The notes below the pieces were generated by a model. That model worked only from the letters and a program-made list of their open reading frames with translations. It had not been told where the DNA came from and searched no databases. A stretch of DNA of 64,000 bases from Azolla caroliniana. Lineage: Eukaryota > Plantae > Polypodiophyta. The position numbers and the translations under genes were made by a program. The stretch covers positions 18,786,001 through 18,850,000 of the forward strand of contig JBHGNT010000003.1 in assembly GCA_043228905.1 (NCBI GenBank), in the 5' to 3' direction. Position 1 is the stretch's first letter, and each line of letters starts with the position of its first letter. This document shows, piece after piece, positions 34,386 to 45,692 of the stretch.

Positions 34386-36607
34386 AGAGGGCTGCCAAGC
34401 CGTGGGGCCGCGACAGTCCGGACACCCCGGGAAAACCCCACACCTGTACGATAAAACCGAAGAAACCTTGTACCATAGGTAGGGAATTTTTGTTCTCCGA
34501 CAACGGAGCGTGTGCGATGGTCGGCATCGCCGGCCGAGAGAAAACAAAGACGGAGGCGAGACTTCGAGCGTGCGGAGTTCTCGTCCCGGACGAGGAAATC
34601 AACGGAGCCGTGGAGGCGGTCTCATTCGACGACACCTTGGGAATGCTGAAAAAGGGGCGAAGGTTCGAATGGCTAGACAAGCACGCGGAATCGGTCCGGA
34701 AGCTGAAAGAGGCCCTTGCAGCGGCACCGGCACTCCGGAAGGCGGTTTACGGGAAGGGTACCCCGGTATTCATAACGGTGGATACCAGTCCGACCGGGAT
34801 CGGATGGGTCGTGAACCAGGAAGACGAGGACGGCAATCGGTTTCCGATCCGATTTGGCGCGAAAGTCCTCAGTGAACGGCAGCGAGGGTACGCCCAGGTT
34901 AAACGCGAACTCTGGGGTATTGTTTCGGCGGTTAAGGCCGACAAAGACTACCTGATAGGGACGGAAGTGATCATCGAGACGGATTGCCTGCCGATTCTCG
35001 GTATGGTTTCCGGATGCGCGACTCCGGACCTGGCGATGCTCAGGTGGATAGCGTACATCAAGTCCCTGGACCCGGAAATACGACACATTTCCGGGAAAGA
35101 CAACGCCATGGCCGACATGCTTTCGAGGGCGAGGTTCGACGACGAGGGCGGCATGGTTTCGGAAGACGAAGAAGTCGGCGTGGATTTCTTCGAGGCGGCA
35201 TACATAACGACCGACGGGATGAGCACTCCGGCGCTTAACGAGTTCGACGCGAGCAAGTACGACGGGGAATGGCTGCAGATCGGCGGGTTTTTGAAGACGA
35301 TGACGCCCGATGCGTCATGGACGAAGGACGAGGCCAACCGGATCCGGAAGAAAGCATATCGATTCTTTCTCCGAGATGGGCATCTATGGAAGCACCCGAA
35401 GAAGAGGGACGGCGTCCCGCTCCGAGTGGTGGCGATGAAGGAAGAACAGGAGGAGCTACTGGCGGCCTACCACGACAGCCCTTGGGCTGGACACCGTGGA
35501 ACGTGGGCGACGTTTGAGAAGCTGAAGGGAAAGTACTGGTGGCCGGGATTGTACCGGGACGTGCATCGGTTCGTGTCAACTTGCGAGAGTTGTCAGATGC
35601 ACTCGATAGTCCGACACCGGGACGGGCTTCACCCTACGTACCCTCCGACTATCCACTTCAAATGGATGGTAGATCTGGTGACGATGCCGATGGGGGTAGG
35701 ACAGATGCGGTATCTGGTCCTAGCGCGGGAAGACCTGACGAACCAGGTGGAAGGCCGAGCCCTTCAGAACAAGACGACCGCGGCCGTGTGTCGGTTCCTA
35801 GTCGAGGACGTGATATGCCGGTACGGGTGCGTCGGGAAGATCGTGGCTGACCGAGGGGAGTTGGACGCCGAAGAGGCCGCGGAGCTGTTCGACCGGCTTG
35901 GAGTCAAGCTCTCGCTCACCACTGCGTACAATCCGGAGGCGAATGGAAAGGTGGAGCGCGGACACGGACCGATCGTCAAGGCGTTGATTCGGGCATGCGG
36001 AGGTCAAGTCGGTAACTGGCCGCGGCTGCTACCTTATGCTTTGTGGGCAGACCGGACCACGCACAGTTCGGTAACCGGGTACATGCCGACGGAGCTCATG
36101 TTCGGCCAGAAGCCGATCATGCCGATTGAACGGACGATCTCCTCGTGGGCAACGGTCGACTGGAGGGACGAGATGAGCCGGGAGGAGTTGTTGGTCGCAC
36201 GTATACGACAGCTCGAGCGGAGGCCGGAGGACGTGGCACTGGCTACGGAGAAGCTCCGGGTGGCGAGGACAAAGAACAAAGCCCGGTTCGACCGAACGCA
36301 CCGGCTACGACCGAAGAAAATCGAAGAAGGTGACTGGGTGCTCGTCTACGACAGCAGCCTCGACAACCAGCACCGAGCCACACGGAAGTTCGCACGAAGG
36401 TGGTTCGGGCCTTACGTGGTACGGAGTGCCAATGACAACGGGACATATCACCTGGCGGAACTTGACGGCACGAGAATGGCGATACCGGTTGCAGGGAAGC
36501 GGATCAAAGCGTTCAAGAAGCGACACGACGACGAGCCAGACCCGGCTCTCCTGGTCGGCAATGACGAACGATCCGAAAATGAAGAAGAACCGACGGGCGA
36601 GGAATGA
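34376..36607 (+). CDS. pol: RT-less Pol (RNase H plus integrase) of E1b
   Basis: 705 versus 1127 aa in the ORF track; junction TLGML|KKGRRF at 34644-34648. Confidence 0.9.
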   Translation, partial: GFLERAAKPWGRDSPDTPGKPHTCTIKPKKPCTIGREFLFSDNGACAMVGIAGREKTKTEARLRACGVLVPDEEINGAVEAVSFDDTLGMLKKGRRFEWLDKHAESVRKLKEALAAAPALRKAVYGKGTPVFITVDTSPTGIGWVVNQEDEDGNRFPIRFGAKVLSERQRGYAQVKRELWGIVSAVKADKDYLIGTEVIIETDCLPILGMVSGCATPDLAMLRWIAYIKSLDPEIRHISGKDNAMADMLSRARFDDEGGMVSEDEEVGVDFFEAAYITTDGMSTPALNEFDASKYDGEWLQIGGFLKTMTPDASWTKDEANRIRKKAYRFFLRDGHLWKHPKKRDGVPLRVVAMKEEQEELLAAYHDSPWAGHRGTWATFEKLKGKYWWPGLYRDVHRFVSTCESCQMHSIVRHRDGLHPTYPPTIHFKWMVDLVTMPMGVGQMRYLVLAREDLTNQVEGRALQNKTTAAVCRFLVEDVICRYGCVGKIVADRGELDAEEAAELFDRLGVKLSLTTAYNPEANGKVERGHGPIVKALIRACGGQVGNWPRLLPYALWADRTTHSSVTGYMPTELMFGQKPIMPIERTISSWATVDWRDEMSREELLVARIRQLERRPEDVALATEKLRVARTKNKARFDRTHRLRPKKIEEGDWVLVYDSSLDNQHRATRKFARRWFGPYVVRSANDNGTYHLAELDGTRMAIPVAGKRIKAFKKRHDDEPDPALLVGNDERSENEEEPTGEE

Positions 36608-37563
36608 AGACGGGCCGGTTTTCTCCGTCCCAACTCTCTTGGCGCATACCGGAGGATGCGCGGTTAGGTGGGGGCGGATGTCGTGAAGAAAACCGTCTAT
36701 AGGCGGAATCGGCGCACCAAGGCGTGGGAACCGGTTCTTCACGCGCGCACGCTCCGAGTTGTACATAGAAACGAATTGAGAGGATAATCGGCAGGAACGG
36801 GCCCTAACTCAAGTGGAGACAAAGACCGCGCGAACAGTCTTTTCGGTCGCGCGCGCGAACTGTACGAGTCGGCGGCGTAACTACGCGGATCCGTGAAAAA
36901 CGGAGCGGATCCCTGTCCAAAAGGGACAGGGAATAAAGCTGACACGACGGCCTGTTCGTCGGCCTATATAAGGAGCGGGAAAGAGCTGTTGCAGGGATCT
37001 GGGGCGGAGAGGACGAAGTGCTGTCGGACCGTTTCTGGACGCTTCGCTCTCTCTGTTTCCTTCCTTCTTGAGCTCCAAAGCTTTCTGTGCAGGGTTCCGG
37101 GGAGGCTCGCGCTGTTTCGAGGAACGCCCGAGTGCTTCCGGCAGCACCTCCGACCTGCTACCCCCCCCCCATTTCCCCGTTTGTGCGTCGAAGCGAACAG
37201 GCATCGGCATCTGTTCGCCGGCCTGTTCGGTTGCAACCAACCTGTGCCCCATCGGGGGTTGTAGTCGTGTTAGCCATTTTGTTAATACACATATTTAGTC
37301 ATTCGCATCCGTCTGTGTCGGTGTCTGTTCGCGTTCTCCGTGCTGAAGGGCCGTGTCCCTGTGTATCCCCGGTCCTGCGTAGCCGGTTCTCTCTCTTTCT
37401 CCTCCCTCGCTTGCTCTTTGGTTCGAGACCCCCGCGGTCCCGCCTCTATTCCACACGCACTTGCGTAATATCTCGACAACGTGGTGAAGGTGCTTCAACG
37501 ATTTAGCATGATGGATACGAAGCCGGTCGGATCGACACTTCCGACAAATTGCACGTTGTCCAG

Positions 37564-37940
37564 TGTCACGAAAATACGACAAAGATACGTGAACTTGAGG
37601 CAAGACCCCGGGGCCTCCGACCAGAGGATAACAAATTCATGTGCTTGTATTAAAGAATTAACGAAAATGAGAAAGTTTAATAAATTTTAATAGCAAAGGA
37701 AAAGAAAAATTACAATCTATCCCAAGATTGGGATTGCAGAAGTTTAGGTTTAAAGAGATTAATATATAAGAAAAATTAGGGTTTTTGAGAGATATGGCTT
37801 CCATAAGAAAAAAAATTACCCCCCTATTACATTGTGCTTTCCACCCTTATATAGGGATGGGAGAGGCTTAGCACATAGCAATCCATGCTTTTTCTAACTA
37901 TAGATTTCATGCTTTTTCTTCTAATAATAGCGTTCATGCA
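37564..37940 (-). mobile_element. Gypsy LTR fragment related to the E3 LTR
   Basis: TGTCACG terminus. The reverse complement of 37820-37940 matches 2986-3095 (GAAAAAGCAT...CTATATAAGG...GCACAATGTAATAGG). Confidence 0.7.
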
Positions 37941-40659
37941 GGTCGAAATGATGAATGAGGAAATGCAAGTTCTCAACAAGAACGAAACTTGGGTACTTGT
38001 CCCTCATTGACCATAGAAGAAAGCAATCGGTTGTAGGTGGATATATAAAGTGAAGTACAATGCTAACATCATAGGTAATCGATATAAAGCCCTACTTGTC
38101 GCAAAATGTTATGCGTAGACACACAAAGTTAATTATGAAGAGACCTTTGCCCTGGTGGCAAAGATGACAACCATTCGGACCATAATTGTGATTGCAACAA
38201 CAAACGGATGGCACCTGTATCAAATGGACGTAAAGGCAAACTAGATGAGGAGGTGGTATGTATAATCAAGTCGCGTTCGCATCCGACTACCGTCCGTTGA
38301 CTCAAAAATCCTTTGTATGGCCTCAACCAGGCACCCAAAGCATGGCACTAGAAGATCACTCAACATCTTCATCAAGTCAGCTTTAGAATGTCAAAGTCTG
38401 ACACTTCCATGTTCACTTGGAGCGACTCTAAAGGACAGCCATTCATCATAATATATGTCGATGACTTAGTGATTGGCGGAGAACATATTGCCAACATCAA
38501 TAACATCAAGAAGCTCATCTTCGGCCGATTCAAAATGAAGTATATAAAGGCACTCCATTACTTCCTAGGTATAGAAGTAATTCGGACCCCGAAGGACATC
38601 ATGATCTCCCAACAACAAGTCTATATTCTGAACTTATTGTATAAGTTTGACATGACTGAGTGCAAACCTGTGGTGACCCTCTTAGATCGAAACCTAAAGC
38701 TTGATGCAAAATCCGGCACCACAGAATGCGAGCCGACACAATATTGGCAACTTGTCGGAATCCCCATCTACCTCACCATCACACGACCCGACCTCAGCTG
38801 TCTAGTCGGCCTCCTTAGCCACTTTATGCAGACACCACGTGATATTCACCTAGAATGCGTTAAGCGACTATCACGCTAAGTAGTACGATGAATTACGGCA
38901 TCCTCTACAAATCAGCAATGCCGATTTGACTCGAAGGGTACACAAATGCAGATTGGGCCATCTACAAAGCCAACAAACCATTAAGCTCTAGATTCTTCTT
39001 TTCCCTCAGTAGCAAGGAAATATCTTGGAGTAGCAAGAAGCAACCGACAGTCGCACTATCAAGCACCAAAGCTAAATACAAGGGCGCATTGTTGCCGCAT
39101 GTGAAGCTGTATGGCTCAAAAGGATATTGAAGGATCTGATCATTTCCATCAAGGATCCAATCTTGCTCTACTGTGACAACCTTAGCAGTATCCATCTTGC
39201 TCACACCTAGTCTTCCATGCTCAAACTAAGCACATCGGGGTGCACTATGATTTCATCTAAGAACATATCCTGGCCGGAGATGTCGACCTGTAACATATTG
39301 GCACTTACCTTTAGGCCCGACATCTTCACGAAAGCCCTAGGAACCTAGAAGCTTTGGTAATTCACGTCAAATCTTGGTCTTTCAACCCCCGACTTGCAGA
39401 GCTTGAGGGGGAGTGAGCCTGAACCGAAAGTATAATGAGCCAACATCGTCAAGCTGGACCCGAATGAAGTCAAATGAACAAAGGAGGAAGTAGAGTGAGT
39501 CGCCTTTCACAGTCAAAGCCAGACCCAAACACTAGCAAACAAAAGTTAACTATCCGTTAATCGGAAGGGGCATGTTGAGAATCAAACTCAACTTCCCTAT
39601 TGTGTGAACACACATTAGGAATATTCAAGTGTGTGAACACCCCACTACTATGTAACAATAACTAATGTGTCATAGACATAACTCTTATGACATATAGTTA
39701 GTAGGTAGTTAAGTTCCCTCCTCTCTTTCCCAAGAGGTAGTTGTAGTAAGAGAGTGTCAAGAGAAGGTGACCATATAAGCACCTTCTCCTCTCCCTTGTA
39801 TTAGTTGTTGGTTATCATTTTCTTGTGAATACATTTTTCTTAGTTTTTTTGTCTATCGTGTGTCGACTATATCTCCCTCCCTCTCTCTCTCTCTCTCTCT
39901 CACACACACATCTCTATTCCGCTGCACAAAATCATATACTTGATTCTTTACATTCCCATGAAACCTTCAAGATGCTCATTCGTCGAATCCTCAAATGAAC
40001 GGAGAATCACATAGGTACTACAAAGATCTTTCAAAGTACATATAATTAAATATAATAAAAATTTACAAGTATTCAAGGTGAATCAAAGAAGAGTGTATCA
40101 CAATACAATTGAGGATAAAATCCTCAATCCCATCACATGGGGTGGCTACAATAGAGTATATATTGTGGTGTGCATGTGTTCCTTTGTGCCACCCTTTTAG
40201 CTCACTCTTTTTAGGATGCGTGTGCCCAAAATGACCCACCCTTTTAGCACACCCTTTTTAGCCAACTATAAATTGATTAAGAAGTAAGAAGCTAAGTAGA
40301 CTAATTTTGATCTCTTATGTGCATTTCACATATTGGTGGAGATGCGGGGTACCAGTCCCCCACATCCAAGCATCCGCCTCTTCCACTTCGTAGGTAGCAT
40401 CACCCTCGCCACCATCACCGACACTCTTGCTAGTCTCTTGTAGTAGTATCTCTTCTATTAGCACCGCCTTAGTTCACTAGTTACGCCTCCTGATATCCAC
40501 TACTTCCTCCATCCAAGTCCTTTCACTTAAGCCATCTATACTTCTCTAGCACGTAAACCCACTACACCTTCACCTTAGACACTCTCACTTTCTCACACCA
40601 CTTTTATGTCTTGCCCCACCAACTCTTCCCCCTCACCTTAGGTTGCCCACTAACTTCTT

Positions 40660-41050
40660 GTCCCATGAGTTTCTCCGATCCCCCTCCTACACGATAGCCC
40701 TCTTAACCCCCACCTCAGCCAAGTCCAAGTGGCCCTTAGACCACAAGAGTGATTGATCTTTCTTTGCCAAATGATCTTTTCCCCGATTCCCCTCTGGCAA
40801 GTCCAGGTGGCCCTCAGTCCACGAGAGCAATTGATCTTCGCCACCATATGATCTTTCCTCAATCCCCCTCCGACACGATAACCCTCATGTCCCCCACCTC
40901 ATCAAAGTCTAGGTGGCCCTCAGTCCACAGGAGCGATTGATCTTCACCGCCATATGATCTTTCCTCGATCCCCCTCCAACACGATAGCCCTCCTGTCCCC
41001 CACCTTAGCAAAGTCCAGGTGGCCCTTAGTCCACAGGAGTGATTGATCTC
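40660..41050 (+). repeat. Imperfect tandem repeats (60-120 bp)
   Basis: AAGTCCAGGTGGCCCT(C/T)AGTCCAC...ATTGATCT occurs four times. Confidence 0.8.
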
Positions 41051-41344
41051 TATTCGCCGATTGATAGCTCGTTTTCCGTCACTAGCCTCGTCCAACTATC
41101 AAGGCCAACAGTTCCACGGGGATGTCCTCAACATCGTTGCAACTCAACTATGTGTCTGTAGATGTTTACATCCCCACGCCATCTTCACCAAACGCCTCAA
41201 CAAGACCCTCAAACACGAGATAGTTGCATAAATCAACCCTTTTCGAGCACTCTATGGGTGTAACCCTTGCCTCGCACTAGAATCATCCATGGATTTCCAT
41301 TTGAAACCTACCATCAGATGCTCCCCCTCCTTCGACAAGTCACT

Positions 41345-41520
41345 GTTCTTGTTCTTGTTCTTGTTCTTGTTCTTGTTCTTGTTCTTGTTCTTGTTCTTGT
41401 TCTTGTTCTTGTTCTTGTTCTTGTTCTTGTTCTTGTTCTTGTTCTTGTTAAGTTCTTGTTCTTGTTCTTGTTCTTGTTCTTGTTCTTGTTCTTGTTCATG
41501 TACCTATCATGTTCTTGTTC
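41345..41520. repeat. (GTTCTT)n hexanucleotide microsatellite
   Basis: Directly visible, with one interruption at about 41449. Confidence 0.97.
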
Positions 41521-43861
41521 ATGCCCCTCAATCTCTTGTTTCTCGCAGGGGGGAAATGTGGTGTGCATGTGTTCCTTTGTGCCACCCTTTTAGCTCACCC
41601 TTTTTAGGATGCACGTACCAAGTTGACCCACCCTTTTAACACACCCTTTTTAGGATGCGTGTGCCCAAAATGACCCACCCTTTTAGCACACCCTTTTTAG
41701 CCAAGCCAACCCAAATGGGTTCCGTTGTATCAACTATAAATTGATTAAGAAGTAAGAAGCTAAGTAGACTGGTTTTGATCTCTTATGTGCATTTCACAAT
41801 ATGATTAAGATGATTAAATATCAAAGGAAAAGATAGAGTGTGAAGAGGATATCCTCAAGTTCCGACATAGTGAATCTACTATTGATGGCCATGTCCCTTC
41901 TAGTTGTTTGTAGACCTCCTTTGTATCCTCTTGTTTTGCTATCTCACCATAATCCAATTGTTGACTAACACCTGTGCATCTTCTCCAAAAAAATTCCCCT
42001 TGGCAATGAGCTCTCCTTTCTTCATCTTTTTTAAGTTTTAAGAGCCCATCTACAAAAAAGTAAGCTTCTTTTGCAACACTTAACCTCAGGTCTTGATTGA
42101 TGCAAAATTTATGTGCCCCTTTTCGTTTTTGCCAAGTATCTCTACCATAAACCTTGCTTATTATAGATCACCTTTCTCCGTTCATAACGCCTAATGAGAT
42201 TTGGACCTTATACCTTATTATTCCAAAAGTTAGGTCTTGCCAATTGAGCTATATCTTTTTGTTGGTTTAATCCACATTTAGACACAAATCATCCTTGCTA
42301 CTTCTTTGACCATGTCTTAACTTATCATAAATTCAATTACAAACAAATTCTCCTCTGTACATACCATGTCATGACAATGCAACACCACCTAGTGTCAATG
42401 TATGATCACCAATTGGTTATGTTGTTACATGCTCTTCAATTCGTATTATCATATTGTCGGTGACCACCAAATATTATCTTATGTTATACTTTGGTCCAAA
42501 GAAGAGAGCATAGGCTCAACAATAGAGTCTCAACAACATCTCAAGATGTCATAATGAAGGGGGTAGGTAGTCCCCTTTATATAGGTCAACGACTAAGGCT
42601 CCCAAACCACAATGTGTTCCCATATGTCATAGGTCCGTATGGGTTTGTCCCAATTCCTAGGTTAACCAATTTCCCAACTATTTTACCGAAACCATTAAAA
42701 TTAGCTATAGAATTGGTCTGTGAGGTTATGTCTATAACATATACACATACAGATTCTTGAATATGCAAAGGCCTACACACACCACAAATAGATAACATGT
42801 CAAGATGAATATACACAAATACACGCGGGCAAACATGTGCATACATAGGATGCATATGCATAGATAGAGAAAATTGGTGAATGCATTAAAAACAAGGCAT
42901 GGAGATCTTTTTACTATTAACTTGATGAGGCATACTTGCCTTTTTCCTTTCTTTTTATGTTGTAGATGTACTTGGTATGATTATTCGAAGGTATTTAACC
43001 AAGTCCTTTTTATCTGAGCAGTAGAATGTGATGTGGTATCATCACAAGGATCAGATGCAATAATAACAAAATTCTATTTTACCAATTATACATGATGTGG
43101 ACTTGAAAACAGAAATTCAAGCAAGGTAAAGTCGCGATTTGAGTTTACAATTCAAGACCTCGTAAATGATTTTGACCTCAAGCAATTAATGTTGTAGTTG
43201 GTATGAAAGCAACATGCATAAGAAAAGAAAGTGATTTTAAAACTAGATGTTGTAACTAACCATAGATGAACTAAAGGACAAAGTTTGGGAGATATTGATA
43301 AGCATGCTAGATATTGTGATATAGTAAATTACAACAATGTTCTACTATGAAAAGGTAGAAGAAATGGATAGGAGTAATAGATACCCAAGCATGATGGGGA
43401 CAAATTGCCCCATATAAGAGACATTGAAAGATCCCATGAATTATAAATTTAGTGGTGATGAACCTTATGGTTTGTAAAGGTTGTGGGTTCAATCAAGTCT
43501 TGAGAAATGAGTTTGAGCTAAGCATTTCTTATAAAAATTTCATGATTAATCAAACATCTTGACATCCCACCAATATATTGATAATGCATATAAAAATATT
43601 AGTGCATAATCAAACACGTAGACATTTTTTCTAGAGAATGTGGGATGATTTAAGATTAAGATATTATATAGGATAAGTATTTTTTGGGCTTCACTAAGAA
43701 AATAGAGATGTTTGAAGAATAAAACTATACATGCAGAAATTTGGAAATCTCTCAACTTAAACATGGTTAAAAACACTAGAAGTGTTTGTTCCATCATGTT
43801 AATATATTGGTTCAAAAGTGTAACATTGCGCTTGGGTGAGCCATTCAAGTATGGCATTCAA

Positions 43862-44706
43862 CTCCTGCGGCTCAAAAGCACTGGAATAAGTGGGGTGTAT
43901 CAAGCTGTCATTTGAAGGCTTATTGGAAATGGATTTGATCTTTTAGGGGACCAACAAAATACACTCTCTTCAGATGGCTTTTGCTACATGCAGCACTACC
44001 GGTAGGTCAATCTTTGAAAGGAAACGTGGCACCCGTTCTTAGACAGTGTAGTTATTGTGGTGACTTGCAGGAAACTACCAAGCATGCTCTCTAGTCCTGT
44101 TCACTAGCTCAACAGGTATGGAATAAAGTTCTTTCTTTATTCCTGACAATTAATGTAGGTTGCTTATTCTCCTGGGGATCAGCGGTATGGGGGGTTCTCC
44201 ATTCCAGTATATTATTGTATGAGGCAGATGATGCTCTAGAGGCTAAGACTGGCATCAATAGGCGTCTAATATCTGTCTCGCCTTTTCAACAGCCTCGAAA
44301 GCAAATGCGTGCAGCCCAAGTATGGAAAATAGTATCCATGGTTACATTATGGACCTTATGGAAGCATCGATGTAAAAGACGATATGATTCCATAGTACCC
44401 CTTCTCTCAGATATATTGCTAGAATTATGGGACAACTTACTGGCGGTAGTGTGGGGGCAGTATGACAATATGTCGGGCCCTTCGGAGGTTGTTCTTAAGA
44501 AAAGGAAAAAATTACTGCAATTATGGAGGAAGTTGCCTCTATTCACGATCTCCTCTCAAGGACCAATCTGGAAATATCATCATCCTTGGCCCTTCCCCTG
44601 ATTATCCTTTTTGTATATAATACTCTCTAAATTGTACAGTTTGTAGCCTTATGACATTTTTTCTTAATACTAATGAAGGAAATCTTTTTGGAAAAAAAGA
44701 AAAAAA
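43862..44706 (+). mobile_element. 5'-truncated L1-type LINE
   Basis: zf-RVT-like CSYCGDLQETTKHAL*SC and LWTLWKHRC motifs; poly(A) 44692-44708. TSD AAGTATGGCA(T/A)TCAA at 43847-43861 and 44707-44721. Confidence 0.88.
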
Positions 44707-45501
44707 AAGTATGGCAATCAATTCTAGGCTCTAGAATAGTACACTACATTTTGAATACTTGAGTGATTAGTTATTGGGTATCAAATTCTCCTACCCCAAC
44801 CAAAATAGACAATAAGCACCACACCTTGTTGTAGGATATTTTGGAATGCTTTTAAGCTTCCCGTATCTCCATCATATAATTTCGATGTGCTTATCTTTAT
44901 ATGGCATTGACAAGGCAGACCATTGGGTTCAATTGCCACAAACTCCACATCCCTTCTATTCCGAATTATCCAAGATAATATTTTGCCTTTAGAAACTTTG
45001 AATAGATGGTGACTTGGATACATTATAAGAGAGGATATCAAAGCATGGGCATTCATGGTACAAATATTTGAAGGAAGTTGTAAAGGTTGTACATTTCTTG
45101 ACATTTTTTGCTATAAAGGATTCAAAAATGTTGGGCAAATTTTAAGATAAAAGGTATAGAGCCTAAGGGTACAAACTTGTCAAACAAAAAAGGGCCAAAG
45201 ACTATTGTGATTCCTTTAGAAGACTAGTCTAGTCTAAGCTATATGTCTTATCTAGCTACCCTTACATAACTTTGAAATCAAACATCCCATTGTAAAACTC
45301 ACAATGCTAATGACCCTTGACCAAGATCGCTTGAATCTTAAACTTGATTTTTCAATTATTCGTAAACCGATGTCACATTTTGGTTAGGAATCTAAACTTG
45401 GGGAAACATCGTTGAGGTGTTTGGGAAATATTGAAAATGCATATGTAGCATAGAAAAATTAAATGTCATATTGTTTTACATTGCTTCAATAATCTTGTCA
45501 C

Positions 45502-45692
45502 CGCCATTGGCTTCGTTGTGAATATGTGGTCACCATGGTGGTCACTATGTAAAAAGAGGCAGTGGGTTACTCTTGTTGTAAATAGTTAGGTGAGGATTAT
45601 GCTGTTTTGATTATGGCTGTTCTTCTATGTAATTCTTTTGCTAACTAATGGGAAGTAGTGTTTTTTTTGGAAAAAAAAAAAAAGAAAAAAAA
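45502..45692 (+). mobile_element. Short retroposed insert (LINE 3' end-like)
   Basis: Poly(A) 45671-45694; 11-bp TSD AATCTTGTCAC at 45491-45501 and 45693-45703. Confidence 0.8.

Larger units (their letters stand above)
31415..37478 (+). mobile_element. E1b: near-identical copy of E1 with a 1266-bp in-frame RT deletion
   Basis: LTRs 31415-32214 and 36679-37478; TSD ACGT. Only two substitutions versus E1 were noticed (34049, 34400). Confidence 0.96.
23663..37563 (+). mobile_element. Copia family-A element A2, decayed, carrying three gypsy insertions; 3' end deleted
   Basis: LTR 23663-~24185, PBS TGGTATCAAAGC at 24188, gag 24230, PR WVVDSRASFH. INT is split by E2 (ERVR|SMLAHS) and RT (YVDD) is split by E1b (QDKY|VVKVLQRF). 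Confidence 0.9.
16102..39952 (+). mobile_element. Copia family-B element B1, host of the ~24-kb nest
   Basis: 5' LTR remnant 16102-16352 is nearly identical to 39710-39952. PBS TGGTATCA at 16353; gag 16496-17370; PR/INT 22412-23660 (WFVDSG); RT/RH 37941-39410 (YVDD); 3' LTR 39573-39952. Many stops. Confidence 0.85.
40164..41798 (+). mobile_element. Non-autonomous TRIM-like LTR element primed by tRNA-Ala
   Basis: LTRs 40164-40330 and 41557-41798 (TGTGG...TCACA); TSD ATAT. PBS TGGTGGAGATGCGGGGTA at 40334; PPT GCAGGGGGGAAA. No coding ORF. Confidence 0.88.

Noticed and set aside
41267-41639. VL, FL and RT dipeptide-repeat ORFs
   Set aside because: Translations of the (GTTCTT)n microsatellite.
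41850-42861. Possible decayed coding sequence on the minus strand
   Set aside because: No family could be recognised; stops in the frames examined.
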